From NCBI GenBank assembly GCA_019352195.1, contig JACAFG010000001.1, positions 66,485 to 130,484 of the forward strand: a DNA stretch of 64,000 nt, read 5' to 3'. The translations under genes were made by a program, and so were the position numbers. The DNA is from Candidatus Saccharimonadota bacterium. GTDB lineage: Bacteria; Patescibacteriota; Saccharimonadia; UBA4664. Below, one piece after another: positions 1 to 8,585 of this stretch. The first letter of the stretch is position 1, and every line of letters starts with the position of its first letter. A model generated the notes under the pieces. That model made no database searches. It was not told the origin of the DNA and saw nothing but the letters and a program-made list of their open reading frames with translations.

Positions 1-287
1 ATGGTGGCGCCGCTTTCGGCTGTTACCTGAAGGCGCTCGGTATCGACTTCGATACTTTTGGCCCGATTATGAATCACGAGCCCGCGAAAACCGGCATCGC
101 TCACTAAGATGTTCGCACCGGTACCGAGCACAAAGTAGGGGATACCCCTACCCTTAGCTGCAGTCACAGCCGCGGTTAATTCGGCGGCGCTGTGAACCGT
201 AACAAACATGTCGGCCGGCCCGCCAATTTTATAGGTAGTTAACGGGGCCAGCGGGACGTTGGTTTGGAGATTTGGTAGATCAAGCAT
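1..287 (-). CDS. murB: UDP-N-acetylenolpyruvoylglucosamine reductase MurB, N-terminal part (gene runs off window start)
   Basis: Minus-strand translation from ATG at 285-287 reads MLDLPNLQTNVPLAPLTTYKIGGPADMFVTVHSAAELTAAVTAAKGRGIPYFVLGTGANILVSDAGFRGLVIHNRAKSIEV. The TTxxIGGPA and LGxGSNxLxxD motifs match the MurB FAD-binding domain. It is open-ended, so it is absent from the ORF track. Confidence 0.7.
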   Translation of the reverse strand, partial: MLDLPNLQTNVPLAPLTTYKIGGPADMFVTVHSAAELTAAVTAAKGRGIPYFVLGTGANILVSDAGFRGLVIHNRAKSIEVDTERLQVTAESGAT

Positions 288-308
288 CGTGCTAAGGCTT
301 CAGCTTGG

Positions 309-710
309 TTAAACTAGCGCGCGCGCTGTTGTTTGGAGCGAGCTAACCGTGGCCAATAGCTCTGCCGCCGTAGTCTCGGTTACAGCCTGACCAGTCAAGT
401 CTGCGCCGCTGGGGGAAGTACCAAAAATCATGGCATTTTCGTAAGACTCGAGACGGCGGTCGGTATATAGCTGGTAGCCCGTTTCGCGCACACCGCCAGC
501 GACGCGCTTGAGTATTTGCACTTTCACGATGGGGATGGCACTGCTTGCCACCGTACAGCGAGTGAGGTAAATGAGCTGGTTATCCCACGTAAGAAATTTC
601 TGGGTTACAATGGGGGCCCCAGTCTGGGCCATTTTTTCGGTTAAATACCAGGTAATTGCGTTTTCGAGCGCTGTTTTAGTTGGTTCGGTTGCTAGGGAAT
701 TGTCGCTCAT
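309..710 (-). CDS. hypothetical protein (133 aa), upstream of and co-directional with murB
   Basis: Intact ORF packed 20 nt upstream of the murB start. No recognisable motif and no TM segment. Confidence 0.45.
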   Translation of the reverse strand: MSDNSLATEPTKTALENAITWYLTEKMAQTGAPIVTQKFLTWDNQLIYLTRCTVASSAIPIVKVQILKRVAGGVRETGYQLYTDRRLESYENAMIFGTSPSGADLTGQAVTETTAAELLATVSSLQTTARALV

Positions 711-790
711 ACATCAAAGCATAAACTTTATTGCCGGTTGTGCAATGACCTGCTACATTTAAGCTAATTCTAAGCCTTAGGGAGCACATT

Positions 791-1615
791 TTGGAGCCAA
801 CGCTTACCGGAACGGTACCGCAACCAGTTACGCCCTACCAGTCAAATCCGTTTGCACTTATTTGGGACGGCTTTCGGTCGTTAGGCGCGAATGTTGGGCC
901 GCTCATTTTACTGTTTCTTATCAGTATCGCCGTCGTGATCGCGTTTATTCCGGGCATTGCGGTAATCGCTCTCGGTCACTCACAGATGACGAACATATTG
1001 ATTGGCAGTGCGCTTATTTTTGCTGCCCTGGTAGTGGCAGTTGTCATCGGCGTGCGTATATTTGCCGTGGGAGTCTTGCTCTACATGTCGAACGCGCAGG
1101 GCAAAAAGGTCGAATTTGGCGAGCTATACGCTATGGGGAAGCCATTTGCGTTGCGCCTCGCCGGCTTATCACTGCTGATGGGTTTCATCTTTTTCGGCGG
1201 GTTTTTGCTCTTTATAATTCCGGGCATCCTGTTTATATATTGGTTTACCATGGCCCCTTATGTCCTTGTTGACCAAAATTGCAGCATCACCGAAGCTCTC
1301 GGCCGCAGCAAGGCAATGGTAAAAGGCCACGGCTGGGAAGTTTACGGGTTTTTGGCCACGTATAGTCTCATTAGTGCGCTCGAAAATATCCCTGTTATCG
1401 GTAGCCTCATTTCGCTTGTTTTGGGCTATGCGTATGGGAGTGCCAATGCGCTGCGCTATTTTCAGCTACGCGATCACGCCGAAGCGAACAAGCCGACGGG
1501 GCCTGTTAGCGGCTGGAATTATGGCGTAATCATCGGTGTCTCTGTTCTAATAGTGGCGTTCATTGCCTTTTTCATCTACACGATTAGTCAACCAAACTCC
1601 AACTCGACCTATTAA
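791..1615 (+). CDS. polytopic membrane protein (about 6 TM), TTG start
   Basis: 274-aa ORF with repeated hydrophobic 20-aa stretches. AGGGAG SD 8 nt upstream of TTG at 791. Glycine-rich loops resemble DUF975-type membrane proteins, which is a weak call. Confidence 0.6.
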   Translation: MEPTLTGTVPQPVTPYQSNPFALIWDGFRSLGANVGPLILLFLISIAVVIAFIPGIAVIALGHSQMTNILIGSALIFAALVVAVVIGVRIFAVGVLLYMSNAQGKKVEFGELYAMGKPFALRLAGLSLLMGFIFFGGFLLFIIPGILFIYWFTMAPYVLVDQNCSITEALGRSKAMVKGHGWEVYGFLATYSLISALENIPVIGSLISLVLGYAYGSANALRYFQLRDHAEANKPTGPVSGWNYGVIIGVSVLIVAFIAFFIYTISQPNSNSTY

Positions 1616-1727
1616 ACCAAGACTAGTCGCAAAGTGTTGCCAAAGATAAACTGGTCGGAGCAGGCTGCGCCAGCTATACTTCCTATGTCGAAGGCATAGC
1701 CCGCCAAAGCTAGTCCGTACAATTTAG

Positions 1728-1803
1728 GCGCCTGTAGCTCAGGGGATAGAGCACCAGTTTCCGGTACTGGGTGTCGGGGGTTCAAATCCCTCCAGGCGCA
1801 CCA
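1728..1803 (+). tRNA. tRNA-Arg (anticodon CCG)
   Basis: Cloverleaf: acceptor GCGCCTG/CAGGCGC, D-arm GCTC..GAGC, anticodon stem CCAGT/ACTGG with loop TTCCGGT, T-arm GGGGG TTCAAAT CCCTC, 3' ACCA. 76 nt. Confidence 0.85.
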
Positions 1804-1959
1804 TTCGGCTTAGTTGCAGTAAACGATGCCACAGGCTTATAGTGAACTAATGCATTACCGTCTAAGAGTGCCGAAATTATTTGAGGGCGAAATGCCAGTC
1901 GTATCAAAGCAATTATTCCTACTTATTAATACGGCTAAGCGCCGGCCTTTGGTTGTAGG

Positions 1960-2340
1960 ATGAATATGAATCCATCAGAAGTAACGCCATTCGATGAAGT
2001 CAAGCAGTTTGAAAAACGCCAGCCAGAGGCAATTGTAGCCCTCTACTCATTTGATAATCGCTGTCGCTTCGCCTCAGCTACACATCGTACCATTCTCGGA
2101 TACTCTCAGGCTGAAATGATCGGCAAACATTGGTCTGAAGTGGTATCGCCTGAAGATCACGCGCACGCCAACCTCGCCGGTAACGACGCGGTCCTTCTAG
2201 GTCAGTCGATCGAGTTTGGCCTCCGTGTGCTTACTAAGGCGGGTGAAAGGGTGCCGTTGCGAGGCGCGGCCCGAATCCTCACCGATGCTGATAGTGATGA
2301 GTATTATTTGCTGTTTATAGCGGAAGTTGCAGCGCTTTAA
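1960..2340 (+). CDS. PAS domain-containing protein (single domain, 126 aa)
   Basis: Fold pattern typical of PAS sensors (YSFDNRCRFASATHRTILGYSQAEMIGKHWSEVVSPED ... EFGLRVLTKAGERVPL). No output domain. Confidence 0.55.
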   Translation: MNMNPSEVTPFDEVKQFEKRQPEAIVALYSFDNRCRFASATHRTILGYSQAEMIGKHWSEVVSPEDHAHANLAGNDAVLLGQSIEFGLRVLTKAGERVPLRGAARILTDADSDEYYLLFIAEVAAL

Positions 2341-2411
2341 CTCCCAATGAGCGCAACTATGGCCTTAAGCCTGAAAACTTAAGGCCATAATTTTCACTTG
2401 TACGATGGTGG

Positions 2412-2894
2412 CTAAGCCTTGGGAGTAACCGTGGGAACCGTCTTAGGAGTTGGAGTGGGTGTTGGGGTAGGCGATGGCGTTTTCGCTACTTGTGCCGTCA
2501 ACGCCGCGTTTTGCTGCGTAAGCGTCTTGTTTTGCTGCGTCAGTGTGGCATTCTGAGTCTTGAGATCGGTAATCTGTTGGCTCGTGGTACTGCTGTCGTT
2601 AGACTGCGAATTGGTCTGCCAAGCGTACACGGCGAGCCCTGCAATCAAGGCCGCGGCCAGTGCCGTAATTACAACAATGAGTGCGGCCTTAGAATCATTT
2701 TGCTTGGGCTCTGTCACCGGTGACTCGGCCGGAGTCGCGGCTGGCTCAACTGGTGTTGACGCGCTCTCGGTCGATGTCGCTGCTGACGTCTCCGGTGTCA
2801 CACCTGTAGTTTCTGGGCTCGATGCGGGCGTTACGACCGGCTCGGTCGGGGGCACGGACTGGCTAGCTGGGGGTTTGATATCCATGGTACTCAC
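2412..2894 (-). CDS. Pro/Thr/Ala-rich membrane-anchored protein with QQN coiled-coil repeats and TPTPTPTP tail
   Basis: Low-complexity N-terminus, one TM (ALIVVITALAAALIAGLAVYAW), repeats LTQQNKTLTQQNAALTAQ, C-terminal PTPTPTPTP. Confidence 0.5.
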   Translation of the reverse strand: MSTMDIKPPASQSVPPTEPVVTPASSPETTGVTPETSAATSTESASTPVEPAATPAESPVTEPKQNDSKAALIVVITALAAALIAGLAVYAWQTNSQSNDSSTTSQQITDLKTQNATLTQQNKTLTQQNAALTAQVAKTPSPTPTPTPTPKTVPTVTPKA

Positions 2895-3018
2895 TTGTAA
2901 TAATTCTAATCACCACTGTAGCAGAAGCACTTACAAAAGCCGAATAAGCGCTCACGCCATCGCGGCGCCAAGATGCCAACGCTTCAATTACGCTGAATGT
3001 GCGGTACAATGTTAGCCT

Positions 3019-3095
3019 GCGCTCGTAGCTCAGCTGGATAGAGTACTTGGCTTCGAACCAAGGGGTCGGGGGTTCGAATCCCTCCGGGCGCACCA
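3019..3095 (+). tRNA. tRNA-Arg (anticodon TCG)
   Basis: Acceptor GCGCTCG/CGGGCGC (one G-U pair), D-loop AGCTCAGCTGGATAGAGTA, anticodon stem CTTGG/CCAAG with loop CTTCGAA, T-loop GGTTCGAATCC, CCA end. Very close to the classical bacterial Arg-ACG tRNA body. 77 nt. Confidence 0.85.
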
Positions 3096-3235
3096 AAAGT
3101 TCTTATCAGCCTCCCGATCTAAAATGCCTGGCAGCCTCATTTAGCTTGCCAAACGGCTATTTTTTAGCTAGGATAATATCTGCTCAGAGCATATTGGCAC
3201 TCAGCAAAAAGCCCATACTCGTCGGTACAATTTGC

Positions 3236-3312
3236 GGGCCATTAGCTCAGTTGGTTAGAGCAGGGGACTCTTAATCCCCGTGTCCTGGGTTCGAATCCCA
3301 GATGGCCCTCCA
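3236..3312 (+). tRNA. tRNA-Lys (anticodon CTT)
   Basis: Acceptor GGGCCAT/ATGGCCC, D-loop AGCTCAGTTGGTTAGAGC, anticodon stem GGGGA/TCCCC with loop CTCTTAA, T-loop GGTTCGAATCC, CCA end. 77 nt. Confidence 0.85.
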
Positions 3313-3548
3313 GAAATTATCTGCGAATGAACGGCTCTATAAAGCCATTCGTTCGTGCTCGTAATTGATAACCCACATGTTGGCTCGGAACAAGTATCCA
3401 TACCCAGCTAAGATACCCGAGTGATGCCAGTATGAGCCGAACAACTTACCGGCCAATATGTGGGGGATATACCCGTTTGTTAGCTCAGCATAAAAAAGCG
3501 AGCTAAAATGCTTGTAACAAGTCATGGTTACGCGAACGCACCATTTTA

Positions 3549-3962
3549 ATGTATGATAATGCCATGAATAAGCCTGTAAGCAAACCAAAAAAGCATGTTC
3601 CGTTTTTTCTAAAGATCACCGCAATTATCACTGCGACCGTAATACTTATTGTTGGAATAGGCTTGATTGCAATCCGGGCAACCCCTACAAATGAGAATGC
3701 CTTCACCGGGGTAAAGTTTGACGCTGCACAACAGGCGCTAACTTACGATAAAAGTGCCTATTCGCCTGATATTGTAAGCAGTTACACAAAACAGCAAGTT
3801 GTAAGCGTAGTTCCAAGTGTTGGCAACAATGCTAAAGGAGTTGGGGTCTGTTCTACCAACCCAGGCGAGGTCGCATATTATACGGTGACAGTGAAGCGGA
3901 TCTTCTTATTTGGCACAACCTATGCCACCAAGAGCTACAATATGTGCAATTTAGCATCGTAA
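3549..3962 (+). CDS. membrane-anchored hypothetical protein (N-terminal TM, extracytoplasmic domain)
   Basis: KPKKHVPFFLKITAIITATVILIVGIGLIAI signal-anchor. An alternative ATG lies at 3563. Confidence 0.45.
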   Translation: MYDNAMNKPVSKPKKHVPFFLKITAIITATVILIVGIGLIAIRATPTNENAFTGVKFDAAQQALTYDKSAYSPDIVSSYTKQQVVSVVPSVGNNAKGVGVCSTNPGEVAYYTVTVKRIFLFGTTYATKSYNMCNLAS

Positions 3963-4040
3963 TTTCTTAACAGTCCCGACTCAACGTAGTTGATTAATTT
4001 CGGCTTGAGCAATATGATTTTGTAGTTCTCCAGCTTAAGG

Positions 4041-5708
4041 ATGGATGAAAGCACTCCGAGCATGTCGCTCGTGAATTTCCTGAAATCCGCACCTCCTACC
4101 CAGAAGAAGGCGATTAAGTTGGTAAGAAGAAGAGTACTGCTAGCCGTATTGTCTGTCATCCTCGCATGTGTTGCGCTGATTGTGCCAACTGCCGGTCAAG
4201 CGCAAGCTTCAAGCTGTACCGGCCAAACATGGCCCACGACAGGCAGCATCCAGACGTCAAACGTCGCTGGCTCCAACACGTACGATGCAACATTCGAATT
4301 TTCGCTTACCGCGGACCAGCTATGTTCGCTCCAAGCATCAGCTCCTTACTTGGAGATCGACTTCTCGCTCCACAACTTCAGTGTACCTGCAGCCTGGGAA
4401 GGGTATTCGATCGTTGATACCAATCTACCTGGGGCGATACATGACGTGGCGTACGGCGACCCAGTAAATGTAACCAGTCCGGCCACGACGCGTGTATATA
4501 CAGCACAGCTTGTGGCGGGTCACTCATACTACACCTAGTTAAATTGGACGGCTCCCGCTCAGTCCGGTACTACCCCGTACATTCAGTATGTTTGGGTTCC
4601 AAGCCGATGGATTAGCAGCTCACCTTACGAGCAGTACTCCTGCCTTGTCGCTGGCGGAAACGTGTACCCGGAAGGTGATTCCAGGAACCCTAATGAAGCG
4701 TGGTGCGTTTTTCCTATCAATGGAGACGCGGTGACGCTTTTCGGTAGCAAAACCTTCACTGGCGGGTTCCCTGGCGGCGCAATGCCGCTAGATGGATATC
4801 GCTGGTATGATTGGTTTCCGTCGATCAGCTATTCAAGTAGTAATACCGCGTTGCCAGGAACCAATCCGCCTGCACCGCCATCGCGCATAATGGTCGATAC
4901 CGGAAATAGCACTGTTTTTGCCAAAGATGGCCTCGGGAATGGAGGCTGGACTCAAGAAACGGACCCCTCAACCGCCACGAGAATAGCAGCTGGTGGCGCA
5001 ACTCAGCTTCTTACAAACTCGTGCAACCAAATCTACGCTAAAGATACGGTCGGTGTCGGAGGCTGGATACAGGAGACGGATTGCGGCGCATCACAGGCGA
5101 TTGACGTGAGCGCAACTGGTGTTCAAGTACTTTTGAACGCTTGTAACGCGGTGTACGCAAAGACTGGCATTAGCTATGGGGGATGGACCCAAGAGACGGC
5201 CTGTAATACTGCCACCGCAATAGCAGTGGGTGGAAATACCCAAATGCTTATCAACTCCTGCAATGCCGTATATGCCAAGAATACAATTGGTGTTGAAGGC
5301 TGGATACAGGAAACGCCGTGCGGAACTGCCAAAGCCATCGCTACCAGTTCGACCGGAACCCAAATGCTTATCAATGCGTGCGACGCAGTGTACGCAAAAA
5401 CAGGCATTGGGACAGATGGATGGACCCAAGAAACCGACTGCAACACTGCCAGATCAATTGCAGTCGGCGACGACACCCAAGCAGTGATAACTTTTTGCAA
5501 CGCAGTATATGTCAAGAATACAATTGGGGTTGGAGGCTGGACGCAGGAAGCCGATTGCGGAACTGCCAATCTCGTTGCGGTAGGCACTGGTGGCCGACAG
5601 GTAATCAGGACTGGCGATAATTCCGTATACGCCAAGGACACGATTGGAGTAGGTGGCTGGGGGTTACAGGCTGCAGCCGGAACGGCCATAGCAATTGATG
5701 TAGGCTAG
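4041..5708 (+). pseudogene. secreted tectonin/tachylectin-like beta-propeller repeat protein, interrupted by a single in-frame TAG at 4536-4538
   Basis: ORFs 4041..4538 and 4662..5708 are in the same frame, and translation is continuous across the TAG (…HSYYT*LNWTAPAQSGTTPYIQYVW…). N-terminus has a signal-anchor (LLAVLSVILACVALIVPTAGQAQA). C-terminus has seven tandem ~41-aa repeats (GxGGW[TI]QETDCGTAxAIAVGxxTQxLINxCNAVYAK). The downstream part has no ATG or SD of its own and would need a GTG start. Confidence 0.5.
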
Positions 5709-5767
5709 TGCAGTAAAAATCGATAATCTATGTTCGTTGGCCGGAGCTATCGCTTCTGGCTAAGGCC

Positions 5768-5810
5768 GAACCCCCGGTGTGCTTGATTGCACCGGGGGTT
5801 CATTATTTTC
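5768..5810 (+). terminator. intrinsic terminator-like GC hairpin plus T-rich tail after the repeat-protein gene
   Basis: GAACCCCCGGTG-tgcttgattg-CACCGGGGGTTC followed by ATTATTTTCC. Confidence 0.55.
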
Positions 5811-5865
5811 CAAGCAGCAGTGCCTCCGAGGTACGATCTATATCAGTTCTAACACTCAATACAAT

Positions 5866-5904
5866 GCGCCTCCATAGCACTTATGCTTAAACGACCGAAA
5901 GGTC
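5866..5904 (+). repeat. conserved intergenic box, copy A (degenerate), plus GNRA hairpin GACCGAAAGGTC and T-run
   Basis: GCGCCTCCATAGCACTTATGCTTAAACGACCGAAAGGTCGTTTTTGTTAT. Shares ...CCTCCA.AGCACTTATGCTTAA with copies B-F. Confidence 0.5.
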
Positions 5905-5924
5905 GTTTTTGTTATACTAACAAC

Positions 5925-6251
5925 ATGTACAAAATAGTCAGAAAACAGGAAGCGGCAGTACGTAAGATCTCAGAGACTTACGAAGCTCGAAACTACATCA
6001 CGAAGGATATCTCCCGATCAGTATCATTGGCCGTCAATACGGCATCGGGCCATTCTGAGCGAGAGACAACTGATTATGACCGTATCTACTATGTCATTAG
6101 TGGCGAGTTATTGATTAACATTGATGGCGAAAGCAGTGGCATTTCGACGGGCGATAGCCTACTGATCTCAAAAGGCACGATTTACGATTTTTATGGAACG
6201 TTTGAGGCGGTCGTGGTAAATCAGCCAGCTTTTGGTACATCAGTGCAGTAG
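5925..6251 (+). CDS. cupin domain protein (RmlC-like cupin fold)
   Basis: Motifs DRIYYVISGELLINIDGESSGISTGDSLLISKGTIYDFYG typical of a single-domain cupin. TATACT hexamer ends 6 nt before the ATG at 5925. The ORF track's earlier start at 5883 lies inside the conserved box. Confidence 0.55.
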   Translation: MYKIVRKQEAAVRKISETYEARNYITKDISRSVSLAVNTASGHSERETTDYDRIYYVISGELLINIDGESSGISTGDSLLISKGTIYDFYGTFEAVVVNQPAFGTSVQ

Positions 6252-6312
6252 CAACAACGCGTACGACGGCCCTCCAGCACTTATACAATAGAGACCTTCG
6301 GGTCGCTTTTGT
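6251..6312 (+). repeat. conserved intergenic box, copy B, plus UUCG-type hairpin GACCTTCGGGTC and T-run
   Basis: GCAACAACGCGTACGACGGCCCTCCAGCACTTATACAAT then GACCTTCGGGTCGCTTTTGTTAT. Confidence 0.6.
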
Positions 6313-6343
6313 TATGATGTACAAAAGATAATGGATTTAGCAT

Positions 6344-6925
6344 ATGGCTACCCGAATAATTCTTCATGGCGGAAACTCGAATATAAAGAGTGACAAGAAT
6401 GATGACTTTTATCAAGAAATCATCAGGGGCGTAGAAAAGGATAACCTTTCGGTACTGTGTGTTTACTTCGCACGTCCCGAAGCAAGATGGGAAGACTCCT
6501 ATGCCGAAGATCAATCTGTTTTTCATGCTTTGGGCATAGAGACAGGCAGAGACCTTGATACAACAATGGCAACGTACGACATGGACGAGCTGCTTGGGAG
6601 CATTGTCGAGGCTGACGTCATCTTTATCAGCGGAGGCTACAACGGGCACCTCAAGGACACCCTTCTCACAATTGGCGTCAAAAACTTTCGTCAGATGATA
6701 CAGGGCAAAACACTGGTTGGCATTAGCGCAGGAGCAAATATACTCGGTGTATATTATTATTCGCAAGGTAGCGAAGAAATTCGTGAGGGCATTGGACTGC
6801 TGAATATCAAAGTTTTGACTCACTACTCGGAAGACCAAACAAAACAGCTTGCGCTACTGAAAAGCTACAAGGAAGACATACCAACTGTTACCGTTGCCGA
6901 AGAAGAGTACGTCGTCATTCAGTAA
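6344..6925 (+). CDS. peptidase E / S51-family (cyanophycinase-like) serine peptidase
   Basis: FISGGYNGHL ... VGISAGANILG, matching the GxSAG nucleophile elbow of S51 dipeptidase E-like enzymes. 193 aa. Confidence 0.65.
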   Translation: MATRIILHGGNSNIKSDKNDDFYQEIIRGVEKDNLSVLCVYFARPEARWEDSYAEDQSVFHALGIETGRDLDTTMATYDMDELLGSIVEADVIFISGGYNGHLKDTLLTIGVKNFRQMIQGKTLVGISAGANILGVYYYSQGSEEIREGIGLLNIKVLTHYSEDQTKQLALLKSYKEDIPTVTVAEEEYVVIQ

Positions 6926-6975
6926 TTCCCTTCAACCGCAACGCGACCATGTCTGGGCGTCGTATCCGAATTGCA

Positions 6976-7035
6976 GTTGCAACAGCCAACACGATGGCCC
7001 TCCAGCACTTATGCTTAAAGACTTCTTCGGAAGTC
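6976..7035 (+). repeat. conserved intergenic box, copy C (best copy), plus hairpin GACTTCTTCGGAAGTC
   Basis: GTTGCAACAGCCAACACGATGGCCCTCCAGCACTTATGCTTAAA then GACTTCTTCGGAAGTCTTTAAGCTTTGG. Extended -10 TGGTATAAT at 7045-7053, 7 nt before the ATG at 7061. Confidence 0.65.
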
Positions 7036-7060
7036 TTTAAGCTTTGGTATAATCCTCACT

Positions 7061-7618
7061 ATGAAAGCAGACGAAATAGCCGCCTCAATCAAAAGCGCCA
7101 AAATCTCAAATAAACCAGTTTTGATTGCCATCGAAGGTTTTGGTGGGTCGGGCAAGTCAACTTTTGCGGGGCAGCTCACAGAGGCGTTGGGTGATGCCGC
7201 AGTTATCGGCATCGACGATTTTATCGTCAAAGAAAAGATGGATGAGCCAGCTTGGGAGGGTTCATTTGATTTGATGAGGCTCAAAGATGAAGTGCTAATT
7301 CCAGCAAGTCGTGGCCAAACCATCCGCTATCACAAACTCCTATGGGCAACGAATAACCTAAGCGAGGCAATCAACGTTCCCTTCGCGAGTTACCTCATCG
7401 TTGAGGGTATCTCGTCGTATCATCCAGATATTGCCGACTATTATGATTACAAAATCTGGATAGGGACACCGATCGAGGTAGCAAAAGCCAGAGGCCAAGC
7501 CAGAGATGCGGGTAACGAGAACGAATCCAAGTGGGACGTGTGGGCACAAAGTGATTTAGACTATCAGCACAAATACCATCCAGAACAAGCGGCCGATTTT
7601 ACCGTAGAGAATAAATAG
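7061..7618 (+). CDS. P-loop nucleoside/nucleotide kinase (uridine-kinase-like)
   Basis: Walker A IAIEGFGGSGKSTFAGQL at the N-terminus, 185 aa, fold size typical of AAA_18/uridine kinase-like kinases. Confidence 0.6.
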   Translation: MKADEIAASIKSAKISNKPVLIAIEGFGGSGKSTFAGQLTEALGDAAVIGIDDFIVKEKMDEPAWEGSFDLMRLKDEVLIPASRGQTIRYHKLLWATNNLSEAINVPFASYLIVEGISSYHPDIADYYDYKIWIGTPIEVAKARGQARDAGNENESKWDVWAQSDLDYQHKYHPEQAADFTVENK

Positions 7619-7635
7619 TACCGTCTCCAACTTCG

Positions 7636-7700
7636 GTAGCAACAAGCTTCAAGATGGCCCTCCAATACGGTTATGCTTAACCAGAGATTTTGCATCTCTG
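7636..7700 (+). repeat. conserved intergenic box, copy D, plus 7-bp hairpin CAGAGATTTTGCATCTCTG and T7 run
   Basis: GTAGCAACAAGCTTCAAGATGGCCCTCCAATACGGTTATGCTTAAC then CAGAGATTTTGCATCTCTGTTTTTTGTTTATAAT. The TATAAT ends 6 nt before the ATG at 7722. Confidence 0.6.
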
Positions 7701-7721
7701 TTTTTTGTTTATAATGAATCA

Positions 7722-8420
7722 ATGCAACTGAAGACGGTCACTTGGAATATCGGTGGGGGTAAATATCTCAAAGCGGGTGCGGACCCGCTATTGTTGTCCT
7801 CATATTCTGTTGATGCAATATCCAATATAGCTGATTGACTCAAAGCAAGTGGCGCGGACATTATTGCGATTCAAGAAGCTCAAGCGGATAGTAATAGCAA
7901 TCAAGTTGAAGAAATCGCTAAATTGATCGATTTCAAGTATCACAACTTTGATGCAACGTCGAGCTCACATATCGATGAGAACAAACAACTCGGTAATGGT
8001 ATTATCTCAAAATATCCGATTAGTGAACACAGTCATGGTCTATTCCTTAACCCAAATATAGAGGCAGAGCGACAAGGAAAAATAATTAAGACCCACGACA
8101 AGGGTTTTGGTAAATGTTTTATTAATTTTGGCGAAAAAAGTGTTGAAGCTGCCGCACTTCATTTAATTCCATTTCAAACATTTAATATCGATTTGAGCTC
8201 TGAGAAGGGGAGAGAGATATTGTCGAGCGTCACGCAGAAAATTGGCGTATCAAATAAGTATTCTCTCGTAATGGGCGACTTCAACATCGACAGCCCGACT
8301 ATCAGCGAGTATTTACCTAAATTCTTTAATCTTAGTGGCGTTAAAGAGATAACTCTTGATGAACCGACAATTCCATCAGGGAAACAATACGATCATGTCA
8401 TATACAGGGCTTTAATCTGA
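7722..8420 (+). pseudogene. endonuclease/exonuclease/phosphatase (EEP) family protein with in-frame TGA at 7836-7838
   Basis: From ATG 7722: MQLKTVTWNIGGGKYLKAGADPLLLSSYSVDAISNIAD*LKASGADIIAIQEAQADSNSN…, continuing in the same frame into ORF 7923..8420 (…LVMGDFNIDSP…). This has the EEP hallmarks: WNI.G N-terminal motif, D[IV]I.[IL]QE catalytic Glu, GDFN. TGA is a genuine stop elsewhere in the window. Confidence 0.5.
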
Positions 8421-8493
8421 ATAAAATTGAGATAGATAATTCGGTTAAGACGGATCACTACCCGGTATTCTGTAGCTTTACTGTTTTGGCATA

Positions 8494-8535
8494 GTTGCAA
8501 CAGCGAGCACGATGGCCTTCGATAGTACTTATACC
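8494..8535 (+). repeat. conserved intergenic box, copy E (no obvious hairpin)
   Basis: GTTGCAACAGCGAGCACGATGGCCTTCGATAGTACTTATACC. A TATAAT at 8575-8580 ends 5 nt before the ATG at 8586. Confidence 0.55.
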
Positions 8536-8585
8536 TATCCATTATCCCTTGTTGATTCAGCCAGCATAAGAACTATAATCACATC

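Noticed and set aside
2863-3274. ORFs 2863..3096 (-) and 3047..3274 (+) with MVRPEGFEPPT / GGSNPSG-type translations
   Set aside because: They lie exactly over tRNA-Arg(TCG) and tRNA-Lys(CTT). These are the classic spurious translations of tRNA sequence.
5091-5689. Four overlapping ORFs (5091..5429 -, 5174..5689 -, 5230..5487 +, 5318..5620 +) inside the repeat-protein gene
   Set aside because: Antisense and off-frame ORFs generated by the GC-rich 41-aa tandem repeats. The plus-frame repeat protein explains the region.
6976-7000. Sigma-54 promoter in the conserved box (TTGCA … GGC)
   Set aside because: The GG/GC elements are in the wrong order and spacing for the -24/-12 consensus TGGCAC-N5-TTGCA.
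7836-7838. Alternative genetic code (UGA as Gly or Trp) as explanation for the in-frame TGA
   Set aside because: TGA and TAG both terminate multiple well-supported genes in this window (for example 8420, 13700, 15273, 7618 and 17472). Code 11 with a disrupted gene is more parsimonious.
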